Assembly (NCBI GenBank): GCA_964016885.1
Contig: OZ024745.1
Coordinates: 95,790,001 to 95,854,000 of the forward strand
DNA: 64,000 bases
From: Eledone cirrhosa
Lineage: Eukaryota
Reading direction: 5' to 3'
Of this stretch, positions 13,590 through 28,302 are shown piece after piece. The position numbers were made by a program, and so were the translations under genes. The notes under the pieces were generated by a model. That model ran no database searches and was not told where the DNA came from. It saw nothing but the letters and a program-made list of their open reading frames with translations. Each line of letters opens with the position of its first letter. The stretch's first letter is position 1.

Positions 13590-13935
13590 GGAGGCACATG
13601 GCTTAGTGGTTAGAGCATTGGCCTTGCAATCGAAAGGTTGTGAGTTCAATTCTCAGACCGGGTGATGTGTTGTTTCCTTGAGCAAGACACTTTATTTCAC
13701 ATTGCTCCAGTTTACTCAGCTGTAGAAATGAGATGATAGGGATCCCAGTCCCTATCATTCCACTGTAAAGTGGTCGTGGAGGTGCCACAGCAAAAAAGCA
13801 CCCAGCACTCACTGTAAATGAGGTTGGCGTTAGGAAGGGCATCCAGCTGTAGAAATCAAGCCAGAATCAGTTCCCGTCCCACCCTTGCAAGCAGGGAAAA
13901 GCGGACATAAATTGAAATGATGATGAAATGATGAT
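13590..13935 (+). mobile_element. tRNA-derived SINE with CORE/V-like domain and RTE-derived 3' parts
   Basis: A box TGGCTTAGTGG, B box GAGTTCAATTC, CCTTGAGCAAGACACTT, body shared with RTE-A 3'UTR, tail matching RTE-B end. Confidence 0.9.
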
Positions 13936-13939
13936 ATAC

Positions 13940-13970
<31 letters not shown>

Positions 13971-14416
13971 CATATATACATACATATATATACATATACA
14001 TATATATAAATATACATATATACATATATACATACATATATATACATATATATATAAATATACATATATATATATATATATAAATATACACATATATATA
14101 TACGCATATATATATATACATATATATACATATACATATATATATATACATATATATACATATTTATAAATATACATATATATAAATATACATATATATA
14201 AATATACACATATATATATACATATACATATATATACATACATATACATATATATACATATATATACATATACATATAAATATACATATATATACATATA
14301 AATATACATATATATATATATATATATACATATATATATACATATAAATATACATATAAATATACATATATATACATATAAATATACATATATATATATA
14401 TATACATATATATATA
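13936..14416. repeat. Compound (TA)n/(TACA)n microsatellite
   Basis: Direct inspection; similar tracts at 15348-15712, 16585-16710 and 19945-20110. Confidence 0.95.
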
Positions 14417-14933
14417 CTTTACTTTTTGCATAGGTAAGTATATATTACCCGTATGTTTTGTGAAGGTATGTATACCTTCTCGTACGTATATTTGACTGTT
14501 TTGGCGTATAATTTTTACATATTCTGGTATTTAGGGCTTGGTTATGTGTATATGGGAGTTTTGCGTCTGCGTGAGTATGCAGGTTCGTACGTATGGTGGG
14601 TGTGTGTTATGTGTACTTCTTGTTTTAGTTGACTTACGTCTCCGAACCTTCATGTATTTATTTGTAGGTATGTGTGTGCGCTTGTTATATACGTATTTAT
14701 TTACTTATATACGTTTATATAATTATTTATTTATTTGTACACAAGCATACACACATACACATATTTATATGTGCGTGGTTTTGTATACCTATGGTAAGGT
14801 TTTGCGTATGCTTGTGTATGTACGTATCTGTTTGCGTGTATGTATTTATTTGTTCCTATTACTTCTGTATTGTATTTATTTACTTTGTTCTTAACTCTGT
14901 AGCGGAGATTCATTCAGTCTCCTAGTTAGAATT

Positions 14934-15200
14934 TTAGTCTACGACTTCTGCTATACCATTTACGTGGTTTTGTCTTTGCACGCTATTGTTCTCCACGCTC
15001 CACATATGACTTATTATCTTCGTTTTTTCGTTCATTGCCAGAGAACGTCTCTATGCACCACTTAGAGAACATTAGTCTACGACCTCTTTTATACCATAAA
15101 CGTGGTTCTGTCCTTGCACGTAATTCTTTTTCACCGCTCCTATTAATGACGTATTCTTCTTTTTTTCCCGTTCTTTGCCAGCGAATGTCACCATGAACCA
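14934..15200. repeat. Diverged 138-bp tandem duplication
   Basis: TTAGTCTACGAC...TATACCAT...ACGTGGTT...TTGCACG...TTGCCAG repeated at 14934 and 15072. Confidence 0.8.
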
Positions 15201-15861
15201 AAGTATCGTCTTCCTGTCTTCCTCCGGTTGCAACGTTTTTTGAAATATCCAGTTCTGCGTTTACAGATTGACTTTGTTAGTTTCAGAAGATCCTGTTAAG
15301 GGTGAAAGCAGCGATTCTTTGCTTAAACTTTAATCTGTTATTTTAATAAATATATATATACATATAGATATACATATATATATATACATACATATACACA
15401 TATATACATATATATATACATACATATACATATACATACATATACATATACATACATATACATATACATACATATACATATACATATACATACATATACA
15501 TACATATACATATATATACATATACATATATACATATATATATATACATATACATATATATATATACATATATATCTATATACATATATATATATATATC
15601 TATATACATATATCTATATATCTATATACATATATCTATATATCTATATACATATATCTATATATCTATATACATATATCTATATACATATATATTTATA
15701 TATCTATATACATAAATACTTAGGTTAATAGGAGTTAGGTATTGTATACCCGTGTCCCATTAAGGTATTGGCAGCATAATAATTAGCTCTATGCTTTGGA
15801 GCAGAGCCGTATATATGAAAAAGAACACAAGAGCGTCTACAACATCAAAAGATTTTTATTG

Positions 15862-15906
15862 GCTTACAATGTTTCTTCCTTACGTAACCGTAGGATTCGT
15901 CAGAGC
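15862..15906 (-). ncRNA. Type-I minimal hammerhead ribozyme motif (PLE-type)
   Basis: Minus strand GCU-CUGACGA-AUCCUACG-GUUA-CGUAAGGAA-GAAACAUUGUA-AGC, followed by AATAAA; stem I only 3 bp. Confidence 0.7.
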
Positions 15907-16071
15907 TATAAAAGGGGTTTGATTGGTGTTATGGACTCTACCAACCAAACATTCAAGAACAAAGAGTAAAGAGAGTAAAGAGCAAAAGTAGGGGATGATA
16001 AGTCTAATTTTGGTGCGGGAGGGTGGGGTGTGGGTCCTTGTTTACTAGCTGCGGTCATATTCATTCCCGGG

Positions 16072-16459
16072 AGTCGAGTGGTTAGCTGAACCATAGATGG
16101 GGTGGCGTCGATAGTATGGTGCAGAGGGTGCGCAGGGGCTACACAAACACAAAGGGCATACAAAATATATATATATATAACGGAGGAGAAAGTACATGAG
16201 GTAATTAGAAATGGAAAAATAGTAATAATAATAATCTATAATTAATAGTGTATAATAAGGCATGGGGAAGATTACACTATAATAAGGTATAAAAGTAAGA
16301 ATAAGGTAAAATATAAAGGAGGATAAAAGTGGAAATAATAAAGATAAAAAAATATATAGAGAATATATAAAGAAATATAAGCGAATATGTAGCCTATGCA
16401 CACCCTCTGCACCATACTATCGACGCTACCCCATCTATGGTTCAGCTAACCACCCGACT
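16072..16459. repeat. ~72-bp GC-rich inverted repeat with ~245-bp AT-rich spacer
   Basis: 16072-16143 is the reverse complement of 16388-16459 with a few mismatches. Confidence 0.9.
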
Positions 16460-16594
16460 TTTATAAATTAAATTAACCGATATAAAGGGCACAGAAGCGA
16501 AAACCAACCAAACAGTGAGTGTGTTCTGTTATTAATTCTGGCAATATTATTACACAAATATGACCCTCCCCAAGTATAACAATATATATACATA

Positions 16595-16708
<114 letters not shown>

Positions 16709-16882
16709 TATTATGACTAAATACAACACTAGTATTTGTTGGAAACAGGTAAATTGTATGCCTCGAAATAATACTGGGATATACTTTAAAAGTCTTGTTT
16801 CTATGAATTGCAATATAAAAAGAAGTAAATTAAATACTGTTCTGCATTTAATGAGACAAATAAATAGTAATATAAGAATATA

Positions 16883-17020
16883 TAATTGTTTCTACTTTAG
16901 GCACAAGGCCAGCACTTATCCCAGTGTATTACTGGTACTTTATTTTATCGACCCCGTAAGGATGAAAGGCAAAGTTAACCTCGGCGGGATTAGAACTCAG
17001 ACCATAAAGGGCCGTAACTC
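16883..17020 (-). mobile_element. Meta-like SINE, 5'-truncated
   Basis: Family homology. Confidence 0.8.
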
Positions 17021-18383
17021 TATAATAAATAGAAATATCAAAAATCTATCTAACTTTTTGTCTTATTGAGGTATTAAACTAACATATCAAACTTTTAATC
17101 AAATAAACAACTCAAAACATAATGATCAATATTTCTTCTCCTCTGGTAAATCCCTGCTAAGCCAATAGCTACATAAAATTCAACAAAATTTAAAGCTGTT
17201 TTGTTGGGGTTTTTTCAAAGATTTTCTCAAGCAGTTATTGCACAAGGCTAGTACCATTTACAGTACCATCCTCTAATATTAACTAGCACAGTAATTAACT
17301 AGCACAGTATTTTAGTCATTTCAAATTTATTCTAAAATAGAATTTTCTATGATGTTTTACCACCCTCATTGCCTGTTGTTACTGCCAGTCGGTGCTACCA
17401 TGTTGAGAAGGTCCAGGGGGCACTGGGGGTGAGGTAGGTGTGATTTAATAGTATATTAAATACCAAATGATACATATTATATATAAATATAGTAAAATAG
17501 AAAAATATATATTTATTTGTACATTGTATATATTATATCATTTATCATATATTATATCATATATTATATCATTTATTATATAGCAGTGGCTCAAAGTGTT
17601 TGAGAATCTCTGATCTAGGGCATAACACATACAATTATAATGGAAGATTTTTAGATAAATATAAACATTTAAAAACAAATAGCTTTGCTTCATAGAACCA
17701 GGGGCAGTGTCAAGCAATTTGGAATTGAAATGTTTATCTTTGTGCTCTTTTCTATAAAAAGATAATCCATGCATGTGAGTCTTGTAGCATAATGATAATA
17801 GTTACTACTGCCTTTGAATCTAATTATATTAAACAATTTAAATTTAAGAGCAGATTCTAAAATAACTTGTACACTGTTCTCCTATAAAGTTAAATGTGTT
17901 TTAGTGGTAGTCCATGCCCTAAAACACTAATTCAAAATTATCTTAGTTGTAACTAGTTACTCATAAGTCTCCAAAAACTTGCAAGTACATAATTATACAC
18001 AAATAGAATTCTTAAATGTTATTCACAAAATGTATTCACTTAAAATACTAAAACTGATGAGAATTTTGGATAACATAATTCCCTATATGGCAATCTAATT
18101 TGAATATTCTTCAGAGCAAAATGACACATCTATTAAGAGCCAACTTCCCAAGGTACTTAAATAAGAATAGAATTGTACCAAGAGTTTTAAATTAGGTAGA
18201 ATTTAGGTCAAAAATGTAATGAAATATTAAGAGAAAATATATTTTTTTATATACCCAATAGAACATTTGTTTTCATTAATAAAAAGCTTTTACTTCATGC
18301 AAAACATATTTTAAAACATTTTTGTTTTTTCATTTTTAATTAAATTGTTCATAATTGTTCAAGCAATACATCAGAGTAATTAC

Positions 18384-18459
18384 CTGAATGCTGCTTTCCA
18401 ATTCCATGCTGTTATTTTTCTAACTACACAAATATTAACTGGTTACAGAAATTTTATTT
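18384..18459 (-). other. Candidate host-gene exon with possible start codon (MELESSIQ)
   Basis: Acceptor TTTTATTACAG, donor CAG|GTAATT; ATG at 18407-18405 preceded by in-frame TAG; 8 codons, phase 0. Confidence 0.4.
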
Positions 18460-20026
18460 CTGTAATAAAAATAGAATTTAGAAATTGGGTATTAACAGCA
18501 AAATAATACTTTTTTTCTTTCCCATTAAATTATTATATTTTACAAAATGTTAAACTTATTCCCATTTGATATGTGATGACTATATAATCTTGGTATTATT
18601 CATTGTTCAAGCATAAAAAGTTGATTTCTGTGAAAGTAATTTGTTACAAAAAAATGTACAATAATCTTACAAAATATTTTCTAGTAGAAACCACATGTCA
18701 AAGCTAAAATACAACCTTGGTCTATTTGATGTTAAAGAGGCCCATTGAATCCTGTGCTGATTTAATCATCAGCTGTGTATTAATGAATGAATTACTAATA
18801 ATTTTATATAGAAAATACTAATATAATCCACCTTTATCTTTCAAAGTTTACTTGTCTGAGAGCTTTATTTTAATTTCAAAAGAGGCCATTAAAATCACTG
18901 TTTCCTATTGCCATTTGAGATATGCTTTCAATTTCAAAGTAATTCATGTGGAACCCATTTTATCGTTATGTTTTCTCATTCAACAAATGTCAAAGCTTGC
19001 ATTGGCTAGACATTTCTCTGCCTAATCTACAAACCAACACACCTCTTGTAAAAAGAAGTGTAAAAGAGAAGTAAACAGAAACGATAATGTATATTATATG
19101 ATAACTAACATAGCATAAAATATTAAAGATATACCAAAATAATATCGAATAAAAAAAAAAATGAATACAAACAACTGTAATTTACAGATTTATTTGATGT
19201 CAGAGTCAGATTAATTGCATTTCGAAAATTATTACTAACCAAATAAAAATATGGAATTTAACCTTAAACAGAATTTTTATCTTAAATATTTTGCTTGCTG
19301 CTTAATTCATTTGATACCAATTTTAGGCTCAGAGAAAAAAATACAATATAATAAAATCTTTGAAAAAATAATAATAATAATAAAGACCATTGTGAAGGTA
19401 CTTAAGAAATAAAGATACTAATGATAAAACATTCAAATCAAGAAAAAAGCAAATTAAATTATTCATTGTGTTTTAATCTAATGAAGAATATATTTAAAGC
19501 CAAACAAAAATAACAGAAAAGAAAAATAATAAGATTCAGTAACTGACTTATATGGTTTATATGGTAAATTGAATTGAAATGATAAGGTATGAGAATTTCA
19601 ATAATGAATTGAACTGATAAGATATAAGAACTTTAATAGTAAAAAATTAGGTTTTTATTAGGTTTCTTTAAGTGAAAGTTTCTCAATTGACTTAAAAATG
19701 TTAAGTGGGTTAGAAGAGAAAAAACAAACATTTTATTACATAAATTTAACAAAAAGATAAAAGTTGGTATAATGATAGAAATAACTTCAGATAATTTAAA
19801 CATTTATATTCTATTGGAGCAATTATTTTTATAGCTTCCATTATCATAAGCATTTAAAAAAATATTGCTTTTTTTTCAATGTGATCACAATATATATAAG
19901 AAGCTGTAAAAGTCCCCCACCTGCATAGAAATAGAAATATGTATATATACATATATATATATATACATACATACAAATATATACATATACATATATGTAA
20001 ATATATACATACATATATATAAATAT

Positions 20027-20081
<55 letters not shown>

Positions 20082-20401
20082 AACACACACACAGACACAC
20101 ATATATATATATTTAAAGTTTAATAATGAAGGCAAGGTTCAGTGCTTAATTAGTTCATTGTTTCATGATCATTTCAAAAGGTTGGATGAACCATGATAAT
20201 ATTGATATATTGACTAATCAATAGCAGTTATGTAACTCTCTATTATCAGTCTTGATACAATAGATCAATCTCACCATATAAGTGGCTGTAGAATCAGCGT
20301 ACTGAACAAAAATACCTGGGTTTTGTTTACATTCTTGATACTTCCCTTAACCCATAATTAAGTACCAAATAATGTCTAAGAATCAATATGATATATATTA
20401 A

Positions 20402-20603
20402 CCCTTTAGAATTTACATTACTCTATATTTACTATAGTATTTTGGTGGTAAAGTCTTTATCTCAAATAATACCGAATCTATGAAATTTTGATATTATTCA
20501 TTTTGAGAACAATACATAAGAATGAGTGACCAGTTACAGTCAGTTTGAACAGGAAAAGGAGAGAGAATTCTGGCCAGATATAGTGGATTTAAATGATAAA
20601 GTG
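20402..20603 (+). mobile_element. piggyBac-type MITE (diverged)
   Basis: TTAA on both sides; homologous to 10182-10395. Confidence 0.75.
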
Positions 20604-23091
20604 TTAAATCCCTTGAAGCTGGTGACAAAGCACTGATGCAGGTCAAAGACTGAAACCAGTAAAAGAATAATAGAATGACGATCATGTGAAAGAGAAAGGA
20701 AGAAGAAGAGGCTATCGGATAATAAAAAAAGACCAAACTACTCAGATATTTGTACACAGCTGAGATTGAATAGGGTCGAGAGGATTTAACAGTTGTTTCA
20801 AGGAGATGACAACCTCTCTAGTGCTGTGGCCATGACAAACTATACCCAGTACTCTTTGTAAAAGGGTTAGCATTAAGAAAGAGATCCAGCTGTAGAAACC
20901 ATGCCAAAAGTGAAACATATGTGAGATATGGCTCCATGCCATCTAGGTTGAGAGTAGATCCAATTAAGGACTAACTTAGTCTGTGACAACCAGTCCAAGT
21001 CATGTCAACGTGAAAAGACAAACAAACAAATATGTAAAATGATGATGATGATGAGAAGAGAACAGCAGATACTGGAAACAGTTTCAGAAGGTAATGTTCA
21101 GTTTTAGAGGATAATGTTCAAAAAGTTGACTTCATTGAAAACAGTCCAAAGAGAAGTGACACAGACAAAAAACAAGCCAATTCATATGAAACTTAGAAAA
21201 ACAAAATGTAATAAAGTTGTGTTGCTAACATAACTACAGTTGTATACATTGTAGTCAATACTGTAAACAACTTTGGTTTTCTGTATCACAGTTGATATTG
21301 TAAAAAGAGAAGTAAATATTTTAGAAACATTTTCCATCTGTTACAAACACAATTGATTTTCCAGTCTAAACTGACTGTTAGTTTCAATATTTGATCAATT
21401 AAAAACGAATTATATCTTTGGTTTCTCAAATCTAATCTTTATTCTAAATATTTCATGAATAACAATGATATAGAATAACAGATACTTTTTTTTAAGTTTG
21501 TTATTTTACAATTTATCTATTTATAGAATTTTCTTAGAGGTGGCTAAGAGCTGGTTATCATTGCAAATTTCCTTTAAAAATAATTTTTTAATTCTTGGAG
21601 TTGTAAGAATTAATAATGACAACAGTATGCACCTTATCAATAAAACACTGTTAACAATTAAGGCAGCAAATTGAAAGATTCATTAGTGTGTCAGTTAGAA
21701 TGTCTAGTGATATTTGTTGTATGTCTCTGAACTCAAAGTTGAAATTTTACCAAAGTCAACTTTGTCTTTCATACTTTCAAGATTGATAACTAAAGTACTA
21801 GTCAAATACTAGAGTTGATTTCTCTTTCTCTTTCTCCTTGGAACTGGCAATATTGTATTGTGAGGAAGCTTGAATGAAGGGCTAGCAATCTCTTCTCACT
21901 GAAAAATTAATGTTTCTAGAACCATCCAAAGATATACTAATGTGCAATATAGCATGAAATAATTTTAATAGATACAATAGAAAATTTATGAGCAAAAAGT
22001 CAAATTTATACATTACTGAAATATCTTTCTTAATAGCATTTTTTATTGTTGGAAACAATTTGCTTTAAAGTCATTGTTATGTCTTTCTGGATGGATACAC
22101 TGAAGTGATTAAAAAAAAAAAAGCCTTAGGTTTTAGGGAGGTTGATCAAGCATATCAATTATCAAAACATTCTAACCATGTCCATCCAATCTTATTTTTA
22201 GAAGATTTATCCAATAAGTCCTTACTTTTGTTGTCACCGTTGTTTAATCTCAGACTAGATTTATGGTGATCAGAAGATTTATTCAATGTTATATACAATC
22301 TGTCCTTACTTACTGTTGATGTTGTTGCTGCTGTTTAGTATCAGAGTAGATATATGATGAAAGGCATTTAACCCATGATATTGACTAATGTATCCTTTTT
22401 TTAAAGATGGTAAGGTTTGATTTGAAAGAATTTGGTTACTGCTTCTTGCAGATTAATTTAATTAATTTTTAAAGATAGTAACATGTGGTTTGAGGTGAAT
22501 TTGGCTGCTATTTCTAGCATGTTTAAGCAACCACATAGAAGTTCCCTCCTTATTACTACATTACTACCTTTTGCATGTCCTTCTCATCTTCGTTTAAACT
22601 GCAAATGGAACTAAGTTGTAGATTTGATTTACCAAGTGGTTACCTTCATACAGCATGTGCTAATAAAACAATTGTTAATGACCAACTGGTTAGTAATACA
22701 GTGTAAATAGTAAGACCAGGATCAGTGGAGGTAGCAAGTGACTCAAGTTCAATTATCAGATATAGGTGCAAACATGGTTATATGGTTGAGAAGTTTTTTC
22801 TACAACCATATAGTTTCAGGTTCAATCCTACAATGCAGCAGCTCCTTAAACATGTATCTTCTACTGTAACCTCTGGGTGACCAACATGTGAGTTAAATAT
22901 ACCAGGCAGACATTACAGAAGAAGAGAGAGAGAGAAAGTGTGTTTGTGTATGCATATATATATATATATATATATATATCCATGTTTCTATATTTGATAT
23001 ATATTTATCCTTATCGAGCCCTCTTTGGATTTTAGTCTTCAAATTTATTATTATTACTATATATATATATATATATATATCCATGTTTCTG

Positions 23092-23134
<43 letters not shown>

Positions 23135-23724
23135 ATGTTTCTGTATATGTATTTGGTATGACATTGCTAGCTTAAAGAAGCTGATGTTCTGTCAAAAAGG
23201 TAACTTGGTCACTCAGTAAAATAAGTAGCAGACTGAAACAACTACTAGCAGTGAGGGGTGGGACATGACCATCTAAAAAATCCTTAAAGGTGATGCCTCA
23301 GGATAAGTGTAGTCCAATAATTGAAACCAGTAAAAGAATAAAAGTTATTTTACTACACTTTAAATGTGGTGAACACTACAATTCTCTCTCTAGCTATCTA
23401 TCTCTCTCTTCCTTACACACCCTGAAGACAAAAGTACTCCTCGCCCATTCATGTATGATTTCAATCAAGAAATACCAAGAGATTCGCTTAATTTATCATA
23501 CTTGTGAATGGAATGAATCAATATAAATCCTTAGGCTACAACTACACTTACACAGCTCAAGGGAAAATTTGAGTGAGTGCAGTATCTATCAATTTTATAA
23601 AACTATTTTATATATTTAGAGATAGAGCATTACATTATATGATATTTTAATATCAGTTTATAGAGTTATATCACTGATCATATCTGAAAGCTTTAGATTT
23701 TACCTATTATTAAAGAATAACTAT

Positions 23725-23985
23725 CATCATCATCATTGTTTAACATCCATTTTCCACGCTAGCATGGGTTAAATGGGTTGTCGCATTTGAGGCAAGTCAT
23801 ATCAGTGACTATGTCTTGGTCATACAGAACTGTTTCTGGCTCGGTTTCTATGGCTGGATGCCCTTCCTAATGCCAACCACATTTACAGTATGGCCTGGGT
23901 GCTTTTTGTCATGACACCAACACAACCGCTTTACAGTGTGGACTAAGTGCTTGTTGTTGTGATACCAACATGACCATTTTACAGA
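23725..23985 (-). mobile_element. RTE-A-like 3'UTR/tail, diverged
   Basis: CATCATCAT...CCACGCTAGCATGG...GGATGCCCTTCCTAATGCCAACC. Confidence 0.75.
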
Positions 23986-25789
23986 CACTTTATTTCCCTG
24001 TTGCTCTTTTCTGCCAGGAGTTGCAACTGGTAGATAGAATCAACAATGGAAATACCAATGGAATCATTGTTTCCTGGGTCCGATTTAACGAGGTCCACTC
24101 CACTTGGCAAGTGAATGAGGTCTGGGATCTTGTTGATCAATCAAAGCGAGCAATATTGTTTGACAATTATTTACAATTCAGATTATTATCTCTTAACTGT
24201 GAAGTAAGAGTTAAAACATTTTTGTCTATTAAATTTTAGTCACAAAACTTGACTCATACAGGGAAAAAAATTGACAGTCAATAAAAATAATGAGAAAGAA
24301 GATTGCTGGTATTTTTCTGAGTAATTCTGGTATTTTTCTGTAGATGTTTTTAAAAGTTTTTCAATTGGAAATTGGTAGTATGTCAAGTTTAGATGAATTC
24401 ACACTTCTGATTTAGGGTCTATATTTAGTAATAGATTACATGGCATTTCTCATTTGAAATATGAAAAATCATGTCAACCACAAATATCAAATTGATATAA
24501 TAATATTAATAATAATAATAATAAAATTCATATCTTCCAATTGGTATCTATAATCTGCCTGTTTAGTCAAGATAGAAACAAGCCTGTGACACTTGGCCTA
24601 CTAAAAATAACATCTTCCTGAAATAACACCCTTTTAAAGACAAAAACATTTTATAAGTCCTAAATACATTGTCTGAATATAAGATGGAATAGTTACAGTT
24701 GGAATGCTGTTGATTATAAGTTTTCTCAATCAGTGATGTCCTGGGGCTCAATAACAGACAATAAAGCGCTACAAGATTAACAATAACTTGAAGACCCTTT
24801 GAAATGAGTCATAAAAAATATAGTATTTTTACCTCTTTTCTAGAATCAATTTAAAAAGTTTACCTCAATAAATTTGAAATTTAAAGATGGATGCCAACAA
24901 CATTTAAAGTGAATGTTTAAACAATTATATTATTCTGAGTGAATATATGCTAATATATTTTATAAGAATCTTTTGTCATTAATGAATTCATTGTATAATT
25001 TAGGTGTCATTAAATTGAAAAATAATTATTTATATCTAATTATTTCAAGCTAAGATGAACTTTTTAATACAAGATACTATAAATAGTTCAATACAGAATT
25101 GATCTATCAAACAATTGCTCATTTTACACCATTTTCATTCATCTTGCCTAAAATAAGCTTTACTAGGATAATGAAAATGCTTTCAGCCATATGATGTCAG
25201 ATTGGGAAATGATGCAAGACTAATATCATAATCATAATATACTTTGATGTTAATAAGAAAATATTGGTTGATTTCCTACATGGTGCTTAATAAGTTTTTC
25301 CTTTCTCTTAACATTTTTCTACCTACCCATGACAGAGTCATTAGAACATTGAATAGAATGCTTCACAGTATTTGTTCTGGTTCTCTGTGCTCTCAGTTCA
25401 ATTTCCACTGACATTAACTTTGTCTTTCCTTCAGTCAAGGTCGATAAAAACATACCAGTCTAATACTGGGGTCAATTCTTCCTTTACATCTTTCTCCCTT
25501 CCTCTTTATCACACTCTCCTCTTTTCTGGACCAAATTAGCTGTATGTCCCTATGACAACTCTATCAGGAGTTATAGGTCGATACATACTACACACACATA
25601 CATACAAACATTTTTACATCCATTTTCATTCAAACCATACAAATATATCCCTTAAACAAAACCCAAGATGTTAAATTAATTAGATATATTTTTTTTTAAA
25701 TAATATCAAATCAAAAACTATTAATATTTAGTTGTAGTTGTGTAAAAAATACATTTTATAATTGATTTAGTAATCTTATATATAATAAT

Positions 25790-26942
25790 TGGGGGACTGC
25801 GAGACTGTCCTTTTTATTATTTTTTATCGCGTTATTAAAATAAGTTGGATTACTTTGAATAAATCATGATTGAGCATTATGTAATTTATCTACTAAATTT
25901 CATAGCTCTTGATTAAACATAAATATTCTCATATATGAAATGTATTGCTAATTTCAAGATTCTCTTCTTTTAAAACTTTTAAATAATACCTTTCGGTATT
26001 GTTTGTTGTCAATTTCCGTTAGTGTTCGTTATATCATAAAATTTCTCAGAAACACATATATCACTAGCTGACATATCCAGCTTCGCTCGGTAAAACATGA
26101 TAAGAGAAGACAGATAGAAGAGACAACGACTGTATTGGATATGAGACTGGTTTACAGTATGAGGAGAGACTGTGGTGTGTGTGACAAAAAAATAAACAGT
26201 AAAAAAATCTTCCAGATACACCAGATTCTTCGTTTTGCTGTTTGTGCATAGTATATGAAGATTTCACGGCATTCCCACCTAGGATAGAGACCTCTAGAAG
26301 ATAGTTCATCTTCTGCATGAATGTAAAGTGTGTATCATTGCATAGACATGGTTGGTCCACGTTTCTCAAAAGGATGGTGGAAGTTCTAATCTTTTATATG
26401 ACGTTAAAATTTATCTAATTAAGAAGAAAGAATGGCATGTAAAATAAGAAAATATAAAAAGCAAACAAAAAAAAAACAGAATATATATAGGTATAGATAA
26501 TTATATATAAATGTATGCGTGTGCATGCACACGTATGTGTGAGTGTGTGTAAACCAGCATTTGAATCGGAGAATTACTTATGGTTGATTCCCAACCTGGT
26601 AGAAATAGCAGTCAGGTTGGTTAGCACATCTAGGATTGTTTTTCTTCTTTTATGATGTTATAAAATTAGTATCAATAAACCTTCCTGGGTATACCTTTAT
26701 TCCATTGCTGCACTTACTTTTTGATTATCAACAAAAATCTCTTTTTTATATTATGTATAGATTATATATAAATGCTTCTATTATATCATAAAGGCTTATA
26801 TATTTCCATTGTTATATCATAACCTTTATATTTCCATCGCTAATCTCAATTTCTTCTTTTTTAACATATCTATATGCATATATCAATATGCACACTACAT
26901 ATGCTAGCAGAAAACCGCCTGCTGGGTGGTTTTTCTGCTCGG
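25790..26942 (-). mobile_element. Helitron-like non-autonomous element with a nested second Helitron-like insert starting near 26064
   Basis: Both ends homologous (reverse complement) to 30599-31082; nested ACTAGCTGACATATCCAGCTTCGCTCGG resembles a Helitron/HINE 5' hairpin. Confidence 0.55.
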
Positions 26943-27063
26943 GTTTTTAAATAACTTAGATTAGTTAATTTAGTAATATCTTCAGACAAGTTACAGATGT
27001 GTTGAGTTTAAAAATAAATTTAGCACTTATAAATAGAACTTAACAGTAATGTTATATTAAAAA

Positions 27064-27218
27064 TAATTGTTTCTACTTTTGGCACAAGGCCAGCAATTAT
27101 CCCAGTGTATTACTGGTACTTTATTTTATCGACCCTGTAAGGATGAAAGGCAAAGTTAATCATAAAGGGAGGTAACTCCATGCTTCAAAGCATGGCGTCC
27201 GACCCTCTACCGATACTG
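27064..27218 (-). mobile_element. Meta-like SINE with internal deletion
   Basis: Family homology. Confidence 0.8.
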
Positions 27219-28302
27219 AAAATAATGTTTTAGAGTGAGTTCTGATTTTATTAGATTATTTAGTGCTACAACACAATTCAAATCTGTGAAAATATGATTT
27301 CTTAGAAAAATATTGAAAACCTTTTAGGATCAACCAACCATATGAGAATATAATGAATTACACCAATCAAAACTTGACATAACTTCATCTAATACTTGGA
27401 AAAGAAAAACCATTATATAAAGTCTATTTGGAGTATTTAGTAACAAGTGATACTTGAGACAGTATTGTTATCAATATCCCTTATTAAACAAAAATTCAGC
27501 CAAGTTTAAAGACGAATATGGCACAAAGGGAAATTTTCTTAGTAACATAAAATAAACATAAGTCAATTGTGTATCCATAGTGTATAAGACAACAATTAAA
27601 TTTAATCTAATTCAAAGTTATTGAAGCATAATGTCCATAGAGAAAAGTAGCTCAGAAGTGTTAGAAACATTCTTCTGTATATAAAATGTTAAATCAGCTA
27701 CAAAACCATTAGGATTTCAATCTAGTGTGTAATGATTCCACAAAGAACTTTGGTTGGCATGACAAGAATATGATTTCAGAAATTACAACAAACATTGAAA
27801 TGTAATCCTATGAAAATTACACAGCTCTACTTATTTCAGTCTGACTAATTTCTACTTCATGGTTGGGTGGTTCACAGTAAAATGGCACTGACATGAAAAC
27901 ATGACTACTACCTATGCTAGCAAAGAAAAATGGATGTAAAACAGTAAAAAGATAAATAATTCATAATTCCTAACTAACACCTGAAAATATAACTGAAATT
28001 TGTTAATCTTTAAAGATGGACTTAAATTGAGATATATTAATCTCACATAATTATCTTACATAATATTGAATCTTCGAGATTTTGATATTATTTATTTTGA
28101 GAACAATACCTGAACAGAAAGAGGTGATAGAGTTCTGGCTAGATACAGCCGGTTTAAATGCTAAAGGGTTAAAATACCCATATTTAAATTCATTTGTATT
28201 CAGGGTTTGTGTCAGGAAGGGCATCCAACTGCAAAACATTTTCTCAAAAGGTTTCGTCCAACCCAATCCAGCAGGGAAAAGATGACTTTAAAATGATGAA
28301 TA

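Noticed and set aside
13590-13662. tRNA gene
   Set aside because: Pol III A/B boxes belong to a SINE head that continues into SINE body in every copy.
13830-14431. Long Y/I/M/C/V-rich ORFs (also 15330-15609, 48651-49715 and others)
   Set aside because: Translations of TA/CA microsatellites.
18054-18060. Isolated CTGATGA heptamers (also near 30108, 38582, 53863)
   Set aside because: No properly placed stem II, GAAA and stem I; expected by chance.
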